64,000 nucleotides of DNA. It comes from Candidatus Bathyarchaeia archaeon. GTDB taxonomy: Archaea; Thermoproteota; Bathyarchaeia; Bathyarchaeales; Bathycorpusculaceae. A model generated the notes under the pieces. It did no database searches, was not told the DNA's origin, and was given only the letters and a program-made list of their open reading frames with translations. Positions 10,036-21,222 of the stretch are shown in pieces. Within the stretch, counting starts at the first letter, position 1. Each line of letters opens with the position of its first letter. Made by a program: the position numbers and the translations under genes. Location of the stretch: NCBI GenBank assembly GCA_050012255.1, contig JBEKHN010000002.1:128001-192000 (forward strand), in the 5' to 3' direction.

Positions 10036-10071
10036 AGATTGGCAATCTTGGTAAATGGGCTTGCGTTGATT

Positions 10072-10995
10072 TCAACTCGTGCCAAGAAATTTTTTCAAGT
10101 CGTCAAGTGTTGGCAGGCCACTTCTCGCGCCCATAGTGGTGATAGACCTTGAGGCGACGAAATTGCCTATTTTTCCGGCTTCATTAATGTTCTTGCCGGA
10201 GAGTAGCCCGAATATGAAGCCAGCGTCGAAAGCGTCGCCAGCCCCGGTGGTGTCCACAACCTTAACTTTGAAAGGTTCCACCAGGTGGCTTTCACCTCTG
10301 TCTATAACGTAGCATCCTTTACTTCCCAGCTTTACAGCTAGGACTTCAACACCTTCATCAATTAGCAATCGTGCGCCGGCCTTATAGTCAGTCTTGCCTG
10401 TTAGCAATGCGATTTCACCTGCGTTTGGCATCATTACAGAGGTCTTGTCTATGATGGGCTTTAGTTTCGTCAATCCGATTCTCGCGTAAAGTGCTCCCGG
10501 GTCGAAACTCACCTTGACCTTTTCCGGCAGCCTGTCAACAAGTCTTTTCTGTGTTTCGAACGACTGTTTTCCAGCGAAGGATGATAAATGCAAGAATTTG
10601 GTGCTTGACGCATAGGCGCTATCTGTTTCGTCGATTTTTATCGTGTCGTTCACGCCAGGGTCGATGTACAATGCCCGTTCTCCCTCTTTGCCCACGAAAC
10701 CCATCACTTTGCCGCTTCTTCCTACCTTAGCAACCGTTACGCCTCTGGTGTCAACACCCTCTTTTCGAAGATCTTGAAGCAGCATTCTTCCTTCAGGGTC
10801 GCTGGCAACCTTGCCGATGAAGCCTACCTTGCAGCCAAGTCTTGCCATGGCCACCATGGTGTTTGCCGCTGAGCCGCCGCAAGCCTCTGAGTGATCGACG
10901 ACAAAACTTTCTTCCTCGGCAGCGGCTATTCTGTTCACTTTAAATAGCTTGTCAACGTTGAGGGCGCCGAACCCAATGGCATCGAGTTCGCTCAT
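10072..10995 (-). CDS. PfkB/ribokinase-family kinase (EhaT-like; possible nucleoside kinase)
   Basis: GGSAAN...ARLG and DTTGAGDAF PfkB signatures; ATGA overlap with upstream ftr-like gene. Confidence 0.92.
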   Translation of the reverse strand: MSELDAIGFGALNVDKLFKVNRIAAAEEESFVVDHSEACGGSAANTMVAMARLGCKVGFIGKVASDPEGRMLLQDLRKEGVDTRGVTVAKVGRSGKVMGFVGKEGERALYIDPGVNDTIKIDETDSAYASSTKFLHLSSFAGKQSFETQKRLVDRLPEKVKVSFDPGALYARIGLTKLKPIIDKTSVMMPNAGEIALLTGKTDYKAGARLLIDEGVEVLAVKLGSKGCYVIDRGESHLVEPFKVKVVDTTGAGDAFDAGFIFGLLSGKNINEAGKIGNFVASRSITTMGARSGLPTLDDLKKFLGTS

Positions 10996-11906
10996 CGAAA
11001 CAGCTCTTTCAAATTTATCTTGTAATCGCCTAGCTTTCCACCGTAGTTTCCTGCAGAAATCCTCACCACGCCATCAACGCTCAACGCCGCTTCTATGCCG
11101 GCCTTCATTGCTTTTCTAACAGCGTCCATTGAGATGCCGTTGATCACTATTTCTGGGATATAGTTGACGCCTTCTGGCACTTTGGACTCGTCTTTTAGCT
11201 TCCTTTTCAGGGAGGGGCAGTAGGGATGATTTGTGGTAGGTCCTATAAGGGGAAAGCGTGTTTCAGTCTTCGACCCGGCTGAGCAGACGTCGAATGGGGT
11301 TGTCACGCCCTCAACCTGATGTATGGCTTCCAGCGCTTTCTTTCCGGCATCGACTACTTGTTTTTTCGCTTTGCACATGTACCAGAAGTTGCCACCAGCG
11401 ATTCCTCTCGCATAGCCGATGAAACGCTCTATGAGAAAATCGGGCACCATGATTGGAACGACGAGCACTTTTTTTCCGTATAGTTGCTCTTCCCACTCAT
11501 GCCCGTCTCCGCAGTGTCCAACCCTTTCCATCATGTCTATTTTCCCCTCAGGCTTCACGGACAAAGCGTCGAACACCGCTGTGAAAGGCTTTACCAAGAT
11601 GTCTTGACGAATTCGGTAGGAAAGCTCCTTTTCAAAACGGCCAAGCATGTTTTCTAAAGGTTTCCCTCTATCTAGGCCCTTCCAGAACTGCAAGATTGCT
11701 CCTTTTCGGTCGTCGGGCGTTTCATTCTTCCCGAGCAGTCTTTCGACTCCGCTGTCAAGTCTGCCTATAACGCCCGACGGCGTTGCGGTCGCATCGTCAG
11801 CAGCCTTCTTAACTGTCTCTTCGTCGTCGGCGGTCACTATCACGCGACAGTATAATCCTGAAAAGGCTTCGGCATACGTGTCTTCAATCAAGTTTTTCTT
11901 AATCAA
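10992..11906 (-). CDS. Formylmethanofuran:H4MPT formyltransferase (Ftr) paralogue, divergent (EhaS-like)
   Basis: [43 protein letters not shown]; non-canonical [11 protein letters not shown] and [12 protein letters not shown] segments. Confidence 0.9.
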   Translation of the reverse strand: MIKKNLIEDTYAEAFSGLYCRVIVTADDEETVKKAADDATATPSGVIGRLDSGVERLLGKNETPDDRKGAILQFWKGLDRGKPLENMLGRFEKELSYRIRQDILVKPFTAVFDALSVKPEGKIDMMERVGHCGDGHEWEEQLYGKKVLVVPIMVPDFLIERFIGYARGIAGGNFWYMCKAKKQVVDAGKKALEAIHQVEGVTTPFDVCSAGSKTETRFPLIGPTTNHPYCPSLKRKLKDESKVPEGVNYIPEIVINGISMDAVRKAMKAGIEAALSVDGVVRISAGNYGGKLGDYKINLKELFR

Positions 11907-11908
11907 AC

Positions 11909-12991
11909 CTATCCTAACCTGCCGATAGCTTCTCCTCTGACCTTCTTTCTAAACTCGCTGCTCTCCTTCGCTAGGTCTTTCATGTTTTCTCTCGTTATTA
12001 TTTTGGCTTTGGGCAGTTCTCGAGGATGCAGTTTGAGAAAACGTTCTCGCAAGTCCACGTTCACTAAACTATTCTCTAGTGTTCTGCGATTCCATTTCGC
12101 CACTAGTTTTAGCGTTTCCGTTTTTCCGAACCTGACGAAAACGTCGGCGATCAGCGCTGTCGTCAAACTGTCCGCGGAAAGCAGTGCGATTTCAGCGTTT
12201 CTGACAGCGTATTGGTTCCCGTTGAACGAAACAGCCAGACCGCCGTTTTCCTTCACAAGCTTGAAGGCTTCCTCGTCAGTTATGCTGTCACCCACATACA
12301 TCGTGTCCGTTAAAGCCACGCCATCCTTGCCTGCGATGTCCTTTATTGCTTCAGCTTTTTCTCTGCCGCCAACAGGGTTGACTTCAGAATAGATTTTTCC
12401 GATTGGCATTTTGGCAATGGTTTTCCAGAAAATCTCGTCCAGCCTTCGAATTGTTGTCCGGGTCTCTTCTGGAAGGTCTTTTAGGCTCTTCGCTTCTGCT
12501 GGACTCTCGAACACGGGTAACTGCACGATTTCACGGCCGGCCTTTTTCAAGCAGTCTTTCTCCTCTGAGGTTATGGCGTATACATCCAAGCTGAGCTTAG
12601 TGCAGTAGGTTTTCTCAAACGGAAACTCAAGAGCCTTGCACAAGGCCCTGATGTAGTGTTCGTAGCTTGTGCTGACGATGTATGCCGGCGCAATGCTTCT
12701 CACGTGTCGAAGCGAGTCCCCTGCGTGTGCGATCAGGACGAGGTTTCTGGCAGAAAACTGTCTGATCTCCTCGTCTGTGACGTCGTAAGCCTTGAGGAAG
12801 GGTAGCACAAGCTTCAACGTGTCGCCTGCCTCGTAACCAGGTCTTCTCAACACGTCTGAAAGGACATCATCATACCTGCTTACGACGGTGAAGAGTCTGT
12901 CGCCCTGTGGGACAAAATGTGACAGCGTTTCGAGAGCGTTGTCGTTCTTCGAAATGGGTCCTTCACAGTCTGTGATGAAAAGCCTCTTCAC
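11909..12991 (-). CDS. HAD-superfamily hydrolase, EhaR/COG4030-like
   Basis: FITDCEGP motif I, VSTSY motif II, K and YVGDSITD motifs III/IV; GTGA overlap with purD stop. Confidence 0.85.
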   Translation of the reverse strand: MKRLFITDCEGPISKNDNALETLSHFVPQGDRLFTVVSRYDDVLSDVLRRPGYEAGDTLKLVLPFLKAYDVTDEEIRQFSARNLVLIAHAGDSLRHVRSIAPAYIVSTSYEHYIRALCKALEFPFEKTYCTKLSLDVYAITSEEKDCLKKAGREIVQLPVFESPAEAKSLKDLPEETRTTIRRLDEIFWKTIAKMPIGKIYSEVNPVGGREKAEAIKDIAGKDGVALTDTMYVGDSITDEEAFKLVKENGGLAVSFNGNQYAVRNAEIALLSADSLTTALIADVFVRFGKTETLKLVAKWNRRTLENSLVNVDLRERFLKLHPRELPKAKIITRENMKDLAKESSEFRKKVRGEAIGRLG

Positions 12992-14415
12992 GACTTGCGC
13001 CTCAACTTCTCCATGTGTCTTACGCTCTTCTCTATGTGGCTTTCTGAGGCTACGTCGGTTCGATTCCAGAGGGCTCCACCCCGTATTGCCTTCAAGCCTT
13101 CAAGGGAGATCTGCCGAGCTTTTTCTATGCTTTCGCTGATCCCCACGGCGCACACAGCTCTGGATTTGAGGGCGAAGGTCCTGCCGTCGCGTTTTTCCAT
13201 TGATGCCGGGTAGATTCGAATGTCGTCACCGTATTTCATGCTCAGTTCATAAGCTCTGGTCAAATCGACTGGTCTGTCAATGCTGTCTGCTTTGACAAGG
13301 CTTGGGAAGGTTTCTGCGTATCCACCGTAGGAAGGTGGAGCCTTGTAGGTTACTACCGTCGCGGCTTTTTCTAATTGGAGCCTTGTCAAGTTACCTTCCA
13401 ACATTTTGAAGCAGACATCAAGGAAATCATCCTTCAAAACGGGCATTATGTTGATTATCTCGGGGTCTCCTGGTCGACTGTTGTTCTCAAGAATCTTCAG
13501 TTTTCTGCGTGTGTGCATGAAAGCAACGTAGAAAGGAACGCCTCGAAGGGCTGAGCTGTCTTCTCCTTTCCATTCTTGAAAGATCGTGTTGACAACGTTC
13601 AGCTCCTTGGCGCGATCAGCATCGGTCAGAAAAGGCAACACGTCTCCGACGCCCTTGTAAGACCCCATTCCTCCAGTGTTCGCTCCCTTATCGTCGTCGA
13701 ACGCCCGTTTGTAGTCTCTTGTATCCGGCAGGGGTACGAGGTGTTTTCCGTCGCAGAACGCCTGAAAGCTTGATTCCTCTCCTTCGATTTTTTCTTCTAT
13801 TATCACTGAACCGTGCTGGTAGTTTGAGAGGAAGTGATCGAACAGTTGTTCTCGGTTCGTAAAGTCGTCACCCCAGACACCGACCCCCTTTCCAGCCGCT
13901 GGCTTGTCGGGTTTAACTACAGCTTGGTCAGCCAGTTTGTCGAGCCAATCGTAAACATCCTTCTTGACTTCTGCAAGGGTTTTGTACTCTTTTGGGTTGA
14001 ATATCTTAAAGCGCGGGTTTACTTCGGGGGTGACTCTTTTGAAAAGGAGTCGTTGTTGAACTTTGCTTCCTTCCAGGGCACATCGCTTTGTTGGACAGAT
14101 CAGGGGTATTCCTGTTCGTTTCTCTAAGAGATCTCGTATTCCCTCGATTATCGGTTTTTCAGGGCCGACAATGCCGAAGTCAATTCTATGTTTGTTCATG
14201 TCTGCGAATTTGCAGATTTCTTCAACATTCAGATCAGGTATTACAACGTGTTTTGCTGCCCTTTTCGCGTTGAAGGGGTTGCGTTGCTTATCGGCAACGT
14301 AGATCTCCACTTTGTATCTTTGGCTGCGGGCGAAAGCGTCAATCATGGCTGCTTCTCTTGACCCATAAGAAACAACGAGTACGCCTACTTTTTCCATGAG
14401 TAACCCGCCTGCCAT
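12988..14415 (-). CDS. purD: Phosphoribosylamine-glycine ligase PurD (start may be 14397)
   Basis: GSREAA, VGPE, AGKGV, GEESS, DYKRAFDDDKGANTGGMG and NSRPGDPE motifs. Confidence 0.96.
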   Translation of the reverse strand: MAGGLLMEKVGVLVVSYGSREAAMIDAFARSQRYKVEIYVADKQRNPFNAKRAAKHVVIPDLNVEEICKFADMNKHRIDFGIVGPEKPIIEGIRDLLEKRTGIPLICPTKRCALEGSKVQQRLLFKRVTPEVNPRFKIFNPKEYKTLAEVKKDVYDWLDKLADQAVVKPDKPAAGKGVGVWGDDFTNREQLFDHFLSNYQHGSVIIEEKIEGEESSFQAFCDGKHLVPLPDTRDYKRAFDDDKGANTGGMGSYKGVGDVLPFLTDADRAKELNVVNTIFQEWKGEDSSALRGVPFYVAFMHTRRKLKILENNSRPGDPEIINIMPVLKDDFLDVCFKMLEGNLTRLQLEKAATVVTYKAPPSYGGYAETFPSLVKADSIDRPVDLTRAYELSMKYGDDIRIYPASMEKRDGRTFALKSRAVCAVGISESIEKARQISLEGLKAIRGGALWNRTDVASESHIEKSVRHMEKLRRKS

Positions 14416-14444
14416 CGGATTGACCGTGAAGACCAGTTCTTGTG

Positions 14445-15950
14445 CTAGGCTCTAGGAACAGCTTCTTCCATTTCGTACAGTCTTTCTGTCTCTTCAAAAC
14501 CCTGCGAGAACCGTTTCTTCATCTCATCGGCTATTGCTTGAGCTAGCGGTGTTGGATATTTGCCTGTTATGCATCCCGTGCACAACTCGTCCTGCTTAAA
14601 CCCCGTTGCTTGTACCAAGCCTTCGAGTGACTGGTAGCACACGGCGTCTGCTCCTATGATCTTTGAGATTTCTTCCGTGCTGTGTTTTGAGCCTATGAGT
14701 TGGCCATATGTTGCCATGTCTATTCCGTACAGACATGGTCCGATTATCCGTGGAAAAGTAACGAAAACATACACTTTCTCGGCGCCCATCCTGCGCAATT
14801 TGTCAACTATGACCTTTGTCGTGTCCCCTCTGACGATGCTGTCTTCGGTTACTATGATGCGTTTTCCATCGATTTTGGGCCCAAGGATGTTGATTTTCCT
14901 CTCTATCGTTGGGCTTCGGTCCTTGCTAAGCAGGATGAAGGCTCTCTCGGTTACGTAGCGGTGTCTTCGTGAAGCCCTTTCCCACCTCAACCCAGAAGCT
15001 TCGTGAACGCCGAGGGCCGAGTCGTCGCCTGTTTCAGGCACGGAAAGAATTATATCCGCGTCCTTGACCACCGTCGGATTCTCTCTCACCAGGTTTCTTC
15101 CAAATTCTTCACGAATTTCATAGACGTACTTGCTGTCAAACCGTGAGTCTGGCCTTGCAAAGTATGCGAATTCAAAGGCGCAGAAAGCCTTTCCTTTCCC
15201 GTTTACGAGCTTCTGTCTTTCAAACCCTTTGTTTGAAACCGTGACGAGCTCTCCTGGCTGGAGCTCGAAATCTCTTACGAAACCGTTTATGTCTAAACTG
15301 GCGGTTTCAGACGAGAATGCATACGTTGAGTGGTCTTCGCTGTGGCCTGCGCACAACGGCCTTATTCCATGCGGGTCCTTGAAGGCGACGAGATTGCCGT
15401 TTTGGTCCATGCACGCCACAGAAAAGGCTCCGTCGATTTCTTCCATACATGTCCCAACGGCGGACGTTAGATCCTTTCCTTTCAAGAGTTCGATTAGCAG
15501 TTTGTAACAGATCAAATCTGCGTCACATTCATAGGCAAACTGTGGAAACTCCTTGCGTATCTCTTTCCGAAGCTCGAACGTGTTGACCACGTTGCCGTTG
15601 TATGAAACGGCGAGCCCATGACCTTGTCTTGAAGCCGTCACTGGTTGCGTTCCTTCCACGAGCGATTTCTCGTCGCATTTTCCAGACGTTGTGTACCTTA
15701 CGTTTCCAATGCCGACATTTCCAGGCAACCGGCCAAACCATTCTTGAATTGCGCTCGTTCTAATCTTCGGCACGAGGTCGAGGCTTCTGTGAACGTGGAA
15801 CTTCCCATCAAGATACGTGAGGAAACCGTGAGACTGATGTCCCCTGTGGTTTTCAGCCCGCAAACCCCAATAAATGTATTGAAACACTGGCCGCTTATCG
15901 TAGTTTACTGCTGCAAACACTCCACATGCGATCTTCGGCTGGTCTCCCAT
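14445..15950 (-). CDS. purF: Amidophosphoribosyltransferase PurF
   Basis: N-terminal CGVF, HRG, RYTTSG, CAFEFAYFARPDS, EDSIVRGDT, PCLYGIDM and CTGCITG motifs. Confidence 0.97.
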   Translation of the reverse strand: MGDQPKIACGVFAAVNYDKRPVFQYIYWGLRAENHRGHQSHGFLTYLDGKFHVHRSLDLVPKIRTSAIQEWFGRLPGNVGIGNVRYTTSGKCDEKSLVEGTQPVTASRQGHGLAVSYNGNVVNTFELRKEIRKEFPQFAYECDADLICYKLLIELLKGKDLTSAVGTCMEEIDGAFSVACMDQNGNLVAFKDPHGIRPLCAGHSEDHSTYAFSSETASLDINGFVRDFELQPGELVTVSNKGFERQKLVNGKGKAFCAFEFAYFARPDSRFDSKYVYEIREEFGRNLVRENPTVVKDADIILSVPETGDDSALGVHEASGLRWERASRRHRYVTERAFILLSKDRSPTIERKINILGPKIDGKRIIVTEDSIVRGDTTKVIVDKLRRMGAEKVYVFVTFPRIIGPCLYGIDMATYGQLIGSKHSTEEISKIIGADAVCYQSLEGLVQATGFKQDELCTGCITGKYPTPLAQAIADEMKKRFSQGFEETERLYEMEEAVPRA

Positions 15951-16045
15951 GACTGGGCAGTAAGGGAACCGCTATTTATCAGTTTTGAGCACATTTTTAA
16001 CTAAAAACCATGTCGCCTTTTACAAAAACAATGCCAAAGGAAGTC

Positions 16046-17365
16046 TCATGGGGTCAGTCTGAACTTGTCTCGAGGATAAAGTGTGGCTTCTCTGATGTTC
16101 TTCTTACCTGTTAACATCATCGTCAGCCTTTCCAGACCTATTGCCCAACCTGCATGCGGCGGCATTCCATAATCAAAAGCTTGCAGGTGGTGCTTGAAGG
16201 CTCCTGGGCTCAGACCCTTCTCTCTAAGCCGTTTCATGAGCAGGTCTTTTGAGGCTATTCTCGCACCGCCTGAAACGAGCTCCAACCAGCGCCACATCAG
16301 GTCGAAGCCTTCAGAGATTTCGGGGTTGTCGTCACGCGGCTTCGTGTAGAAGGCTCTTGTCCCTGTTGGCCAGTCAACTATGAAGTAGAAGTACGGATGA
16401 AGCTTGCCCAGCTTCCTATAGGCCGGTGTCGGTATGTCCTCTCCCCATGGAATCTCCATGCCTTCTCGTTTCAGTTCTTCGAGAACTTCAGAGTATCTTA
16501 ATCGTTTGAAAGGAACGTCCGGCACCTTCAAGCTGTGTTTCATCGTATGCAATTCCCTCTGACATTTTTCAGCGACGGTCCTGCAAACGTGCCGCATGAG
16601 TTGCTCAAGTATCTGCATTACATCTTCAGCTGTTGCGAAAGCCTGTTCGATGTCTATCGACACAAACTCGCTCAGGTGGCTCCGAGTATGCGACTCTTCA
16701 GCTCTGAAAAAGGGTCCGATCTCGAAGACTTTTTCCAAGCTCATGACAAGCTCTTCTTTGTACAACTGCGGGCTTTGAGCGAGGTACGCTTTTCTGTCAA
16801 AGTAGTCAAGCTGAAAGAGTGCAGAGCCTCCTTCTGTCGATGAGGCAATTATGCGAGGCGTGTGCACCTCTATGAAACCTCTTTCGAACAGGAAGCCTCT
16901 GATTGCTTCTACCGCGGTGTGTTGAACCTTGAAGGCTGCAATGTTTTTTTCTCGGCACAGGTCCAGTGCTCGTGCTTCCAAGCAAGTTTCGATATTTGCT
17001 GGGGTCTTGCCACAAATGTCTATTGGCAACTCTCGCGTGGCCGTGCCCAGAATCTTGATGTCCTTCGGTAGGACTTCGACGCCTCTTTGCGTCATGTTAG
17101 TCTTCTTCACTGTTCCTTTCACGGCTACGCTGTAGCGCCTCTGCAGTCCGTCGGACTTCGATATGACTTCGCTGGGGGCCTTCTTCCGAAGGATGGTGAC
17201 TTGAATCGTGCCTTCCCTGTCCTGCAATATTATGAAGCGAATTCCGCCCAAGTCTCTTATTTCCTGGACCCAACCGAAGAGGGTAACCTCTTGGCCATCG
17301 AGGTCAGGTTTAACGTCAGCAGAATAGTGTGTTCTGCGCCAATCATCAATGGAATCTAGTTTCAT
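16046..17365 (-). CDS. aspS: Aspartyl-tRNA synthetase (archaeal type)
   Basis: OB-fold N-terminus, YLAQSPQLYK, FRAEESHT and GMPPHAGWAIGLER motifs. Confidence 0.96.
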   Translation of the reverse strand: MKLDSIDDWRRTHYSADVKPDLDGQEVTLFGWVQEIRDLGGIRFIILQDREGTIQVTILRKKAPSEVISKSDGLQRRYSVAVKGTVKKTNMTQRGVEVLPKDIKILGTATRELPIDICGKTPANIETCLEARALDLCREKNIAAFKVQHTAVEAIRGFLFERGFIEVHTPRIIASSTEGGSALFQLDYFDRKAYLAQSPQLYKEELVMSLEKVFEIGPFFRAEESHTRSHLSEFVSIDIEQAFATAEDVMQILEQLMRHVCRTVAEKCQRELHTMKHSLKVPDVPFKRLRYSEVLEELKREGMEIPWGEDIPTPAYRKLGKLHPYFYFIVDWPTGTRAFYTKPRDDNPEISEGFDLMWRWLELVSGGARIASKDLLMKRLREKGLSPGAFKHHLQAFDYGMPPHAGWAIGLERLTMMLTGKKNIREATLYPRDKFRLTP

Positions 17366-17386
17366 GAGAGCCCTTCACCGTGCTGC

Positions 17387-17896
17387 CTAGTCCGCAAACT
17401 CTACTCGCAACGTTATGTTGCGAACTCTACTGGCGATCTCCTTTAAAGCCTTTACATCAAAAGACGGGTGTGTCACACGTCTTCTTCGCAGAATAACTCG
17501 AGTTTCCATGCTTCCGTCTGGCAACCATATCGTGTTAATCGTCATTATGCTGATGGGGGCAAAAAGGTCTTCCAGAAATTTTCTGTCATCGACGCCGTAC
17601 TCTAAAACACGAATGTTCTTGCCTGTCTCGTCGCCTATTGCTCTGACGATCTTCCCTCCGTAACCCAAGAGGCGTGGGACATCTCCGGGGCCAACGACTA
17701 TGGCCAAGGTGCCGTCGGCATCGATTGCCTTGTGAAAGTATAAGTTTTGAAGAGAGGGGTACTTTTCCTCTAACGACATCAGTATACGGGCGATTTTCAG
17801 GTCAAGCTCGCTTATTTCTCCAGACTTTACTTTAGCTAAACACTTTTGGCACAGCATACCACTCTTTAGACAGAAGCTGCAAAGCCCCATCTTCAA
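17387..17896 (-). CDS. NusA-like KH-domain protein with N-terminal Cys4 zinc motif
   Basis: CSFC...LCQKC and LLGYGGKIV (KH GxxG). Confidence 0.75.
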   Translation of the reverse strand: MKMGLCSFCLKSGMLCQKCLAKVKSGEISELDLKIARILMSLEEKYPSLQNLYFHKAIDADGTLAIVVGPGDVPRLLGYGGKIVRAIGDETGKNIRVLEYGVDDRKFLEDLFAPISIMTINTIWLPDGSMETRVILRRRRVTHPSFDVKALKEIASRVRNITLRVEFAD

Positions 17897-17962
17897 CTAC
17901 AAAATCGCCCTCCGCGAACAAAGGAGGGGCGGCGGAGCATTGAGACTAGCGAGAAACGATTC

Positions 17963-18241
17963 TTAGCGTTCAAGCGAGATCTCGATTGTGCTCACGTTTG
18001 AAGGCGAGCCACCCTCTTCTCTGGGTGCCATCTGCTGTGTTCCAATGCCAACATTTTTGACTTTTACGTCTGGCAGGAATCTGTGTCTGACGACTTCGAC
18101 GACGTCGACTGCTCGACTTATTGATCTCCCTCGTGCCTTGACGTTCACTTCCTTCGCTCCGCCGTGAAAGAGGGTTATGCATGCCAGTACATAGTTCATT
18201 ACTGGCTTGTTTCCGATCAGCACTGCGTTGCTTTCAGACAT
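17963..18241 (-). CDS. albA: Chromatin protein Alba
   Basis: [23 protein letters not shown] and VSTIEI motifs. Confidence 0.96.
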   Translation of the reverse strand: MSESNAVLIGNKPVMNYVLACITLFHGGAKEVNVKARGRSISRAVDVVEVVRHRFLPDVKVKNVGIGTQQMAPREEGGSPSNVSTIEISLER

Positions 18242-18454
18242 TTTGTACCGCCCTACTCCTAGTTTTCATTTTTTCTGTAGGCTCGATAACCTTCCTTCTC
18301 GGCAGATAAATACATTACGGTTTCAATTCGCAGTTGACAAAACGTCAAATCCCATCGCATTTGATCCAATTTGCCTCTGTCTTGCTAAAAACTTAAAAGA
18401 GAGCTACTATTGTAAAACTCTAACTTAACAAACTACAACGATGAGGAACAGTGT

Positions 18455-18913
18455 TTGGAAGCGCTGACAAGACGGTCAATGCAGCTACTTCGAATGCTCT
18501 ACGAAAGAGGCGAGTCCACAAGCACCTATACGCTTCGCTTGAAGCAAGATGAACTGGCAAAACAGCTCGGCATAAGCAGGCAGGCCTTGAACGTTCATCT
18601 GAGAAAACTCAGGGATCTACGCTACATACGTACGGGCAGAGGCTTCATAGACGTGACAGACCGGGGATTAAGCGCGCTTGGAATATCCTCAACGCCCGCC
18701 TTCATACTGATCAAGGTTTCACCGCTCAAAAGGAGTTACGTGTACGAGAAAGTCAAGGAACTTGCCGTTCAAAGAGCGTTTAGAATCGCAGGAGACGTTG
18801 ACGCACTTGCCGTGGTTGACAGGGAGAAGCTTGATGAAGTATTGAAAAAGCTGTCTTCTGTTGACGGTGTACAGGACACAAAGTCCTACGTCACGATAGA
18901 AGCCATAAGATGA
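18455..18913 (+). CDS. Lrp/AsnC-family transcription regulator
   Basis: HTH QDELAKQLGISRQALNVHLRKL; C-terminal RAM-like domain (GDVD...GVQDTKS). Confidence 0.8.
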   Translation: MEALTRRSMQLLRMLYERGESTSTYTLRLKQDELAKQLGISRQALNVHLRKLRDLRYIRTGRGFIDVTDRGLSALGISSTPAFILIKVSPLKRSYVYEKVKELAVQRAFRIAGDVDALAVVDREKLDEVLKKLSSVDGVQDTKSYVTIEAIR

Positions 18914-18925
18914 GGGGGGCGAGGG

Positions 18926-20062
18926 TTGAAGCTTTATGAGTATGAAGCAAAAACCATTCTTGGGAAACACGGCATCACAACGCCTCAGGGCGGATTGGCG
19001 ACGAGTGCGGACCAGGCTCGCGAAGTCGCCGCTAAGCTCAGGCTGCCAGTCGTGGTTAAGGCTCAAGTGTTAGTCGCTGGAAGAGGAAAGGCAGGCGGCA
19101 TACTTTTTGTCCAGTCGGTTGAGGAGGCTGAAAGAGCAGCAGAAAAGCTGCTGAGCATGAAGATAAAGGAGATACCTGTCAAAAGCGTCTGGGTCGAGGA
19201 GAAAATTCAGGTTAAGAAAGAGCTTTACTTTGGCATAACAACTGACAGACTTAACCGATGCTACGTTGCTGTGGCTTCTTCACTGGGCGGCGTGGACATC
19301 GAGGAAGTAGCTTCGAAAACCCCTGAAAAAGTGGTGAAAACCTCCATAAACCCCCAGCTCGGTCTCCGCTCCTTTCAAACCAAAGAAATTGCAACGAAGA
19401 TGGGTTACAGGGGCAACCAGATATCTGACTTGGGAAAAACCCTCGAAAGACTTTACGCTGCTGGGTTGGAAAATGACGCTGAATTGATTGAGATGAACCC
19501 CTTGACGGAGACTGCGGAAGGGAATTTTGTGGCGGCGGACGCAAGGATCATCGTCGATGACAACGCATTGTTCAGGCATCAAGATTACAAGAAGAGGCTT
19601 CTGGAAGGCGAAAGCGACCTTAGTCCACAGGAGACGGAAGCCATGAACAACGATCTGGCGTACGTTAGACTGGAAGGCAACATAGGCGTGATCGGCAACG
19701 GAGCAGGCCTCGTGATGGCGACACTGGACACGATCCAGTACTACGGGGGAAAACCAGCCAACTTCTTAGATGTCGGAGGCGGAGCGCCATCAGAAAAAAC
19801 GGCCCTGGCGCTGAAAATAGTGTTGTCTGATCCGCGGGTTAAGACACTCTTCATAAACATCCTAGGCGGGATCACGCGCTGTGACGAAGTTGCACGAGGC
19901 ATACTTGAGGCGAAAGAGAAGGTCGGAGTAACCACGCCCATGGTGATCAGACTCGTAGGCACAAACGACGCGGAGGGCAAGCGAATACTGAAAGAGGCCG
20001 GGATCCACGTGCTAGAAAGCATGGAAGAGGCCGCTCGGCGAGTCGTTGAAATGTCCAAGTAG
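18926..20062 (+). CDS. sucC: Succinyl-CoA synthetase beta subunit
   Basis: [36 protein letters not shown] and [10 protein letters not shown] motifs. Confidence 0.96.
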   Translation: MKLYEYEAKTILGKHGITTPQGGLATSADQAREVAAKLRLPVVVKAQVLVAGRGKAGGILFVQSVEEAERAAEKLLSMKIKEIPVKSVWVEEKIQVKKELYFGITTDRLNRCYVAVASSLGGVDIEEVASKTPEKVVKTSINPQLGLRSFQTKEIATKMGYRGNQISDLGKTLERLYAAGLENDAELIEMNPLTETAEGNFVAADARIIVDDNALFRHQDYKKRLLEGESDLSPQETEAMNNDLAYVRLEGNIGVIGNGAGLVMATLDTIQYYGGKPANFLDVGGGAPSEKTALALKIVLSDPRVKTLFINILGGITRCDEVARGILEAKEKVGVTTPMVIRLVGTNDAEGKRILKEAGIHVLESMEEAARRVVEMSK

Positions 20063-20076
20063 GGAGGCAACTGGCT

Positions 20077-20958
20077 TTGGCAATCATAATTGGCAAGAAC
20101 ACACGGGCAATCGTTCAAGGCATAACCGGATCTCAAGGAAGTTTCCACACTAAGCTCATGATCGACTGTGGAACAAGAATAGTTGCTGGCACCTCGCCTG
20201 GGAAGGGAGGATTGGAAGTGCACGGCGTTCCAGTCTACGATACCGTTGAGGAAGCCCAGGAAAAACGTCGTGCCAATGCTTCGATAATTTTTGTGCCGGC
20301 GCCGTTTGCAGCAGACGCAGCGCTTGAAGCGCTTGACAACGGTTTAAGAACGGTCGTGATAATTACCGAACACATCCCGATAAGAGACGCTATCGAAGTC
20401 ATGGCCTATGCGAGTCAGAAGAAGGCTAGGATAATTGGTCCAAACACTCCTGGCATAATAACGCCTGGAGCCTGCAAGCTCGGCATCATGCCTTCACACA
20501 TCTTCACGTCTGGCGGCGTGGGCATGGTTTCTAGGAGCGGCACCCTCACTTATGAGATAGCTGCCGGTTTGACGAGGAAAGGCTTAGGTCAGTCGACGTG
20601 TCTCGGTGTTGGGGGAGACTCGATAACAGGGCTAAATTTCACAGACGCCCTGAAGATGTTCGGGAAGGACCCTGAAACAAGAGCTGTGGTTTTGATAGGT
20701 GAGATCGGCGGCAACCTTGAAGAGCTGGCGGCAAGTTACATTGCGACGGAGAAATACCCGAAACCCGTTGTAGCATTCGTTGCTGGTCGTTCGGCTCCGC
20801 CGGGAAAACGCATGGGCCATGCAGGTGCGATAGTTATGGGCAGAGCAGGAACAGCTGAAAGCAAGATTGAAGCTTTCAAGGAAGCCGGCGTTGCAGTCGC
20901 TGAGAAACCAGGTGACGTACCTGAACTGTTGGCAAAAAAGGTTGACATCAAAGAGTAG
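20077..20958 (+). CDS. sucD: Succinyl-CoA synthetase alpha subunit
   Basis: [25 protein letters not shown] and MGHAGA motifs. Confidence 0.96.
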   Translation: MAIIIGKNTRAIVQGITGSQGSFHTKLMIDCGTRIVAGTSPGKGGLEVHGVPVYDTVEEAQEKRRANASIIFVPAPFAADAALEALDNGLRTVVIITEHIPIRDAIEVMAYASQKKARIIGPNTPGIITPGACKLGIMPSHIFTSGGVGMVSRSGTLTYEIAAGLTRKGLGQSTCLGVGGDSITGLNFTDALKMFGKDPETRAVVLIGEIGGNLEELAASYIATEKYPKPVVAFVAGRSAPPGKRMGHAGAIVMGRAGTAESKIEAFKEAGVAVAEKPGDVPELLAKKVDIKE

Positions 20959-21038
20959 CCAATGTTGCCGCGGAGAACAAAAAGTATATTTGACACTGAA
21001 CCGTGTGAGTGTTAACCTCCGAAAAGTGGGACAAGAAA

Positions 21039-21200
21039 ATGCCAATATTGGATCCGCTGAAGAAGGCACTGGCTCAGAAGCACAGGCTGTACATGAAAAT
21101 ATGCCGCGAATGCGGTGCAAGGAACGCTGCGACCGCGACAAAGTGTAGAAAGTGTCATGCAAAGAACCTGCGGTGGAAGAAAAGAGAAATCGTGAAGTAG
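21039..21200 (+). CDS. rpl40e: 50S ribosomal protein L40e
   Basis: KICRECGARN...CRKC...LRWKK; ATG at 21039. Confidence 0.93.
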   Translation: MPILDPLKKALAQKHRLYMKICRECGARNAATATKCRKCHAKNLRWKKREIVK

Positions 21201-21222
21201 TCTTCGCCTGTATTCTGTTTTC

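Noticed and set aside
10992-11906. Ftr as evidence of a methanogenesis or Wood-Ljungdahl cluster here
   Set aside because: The sequence is divergent and no other C1-pathway genes are in the window.
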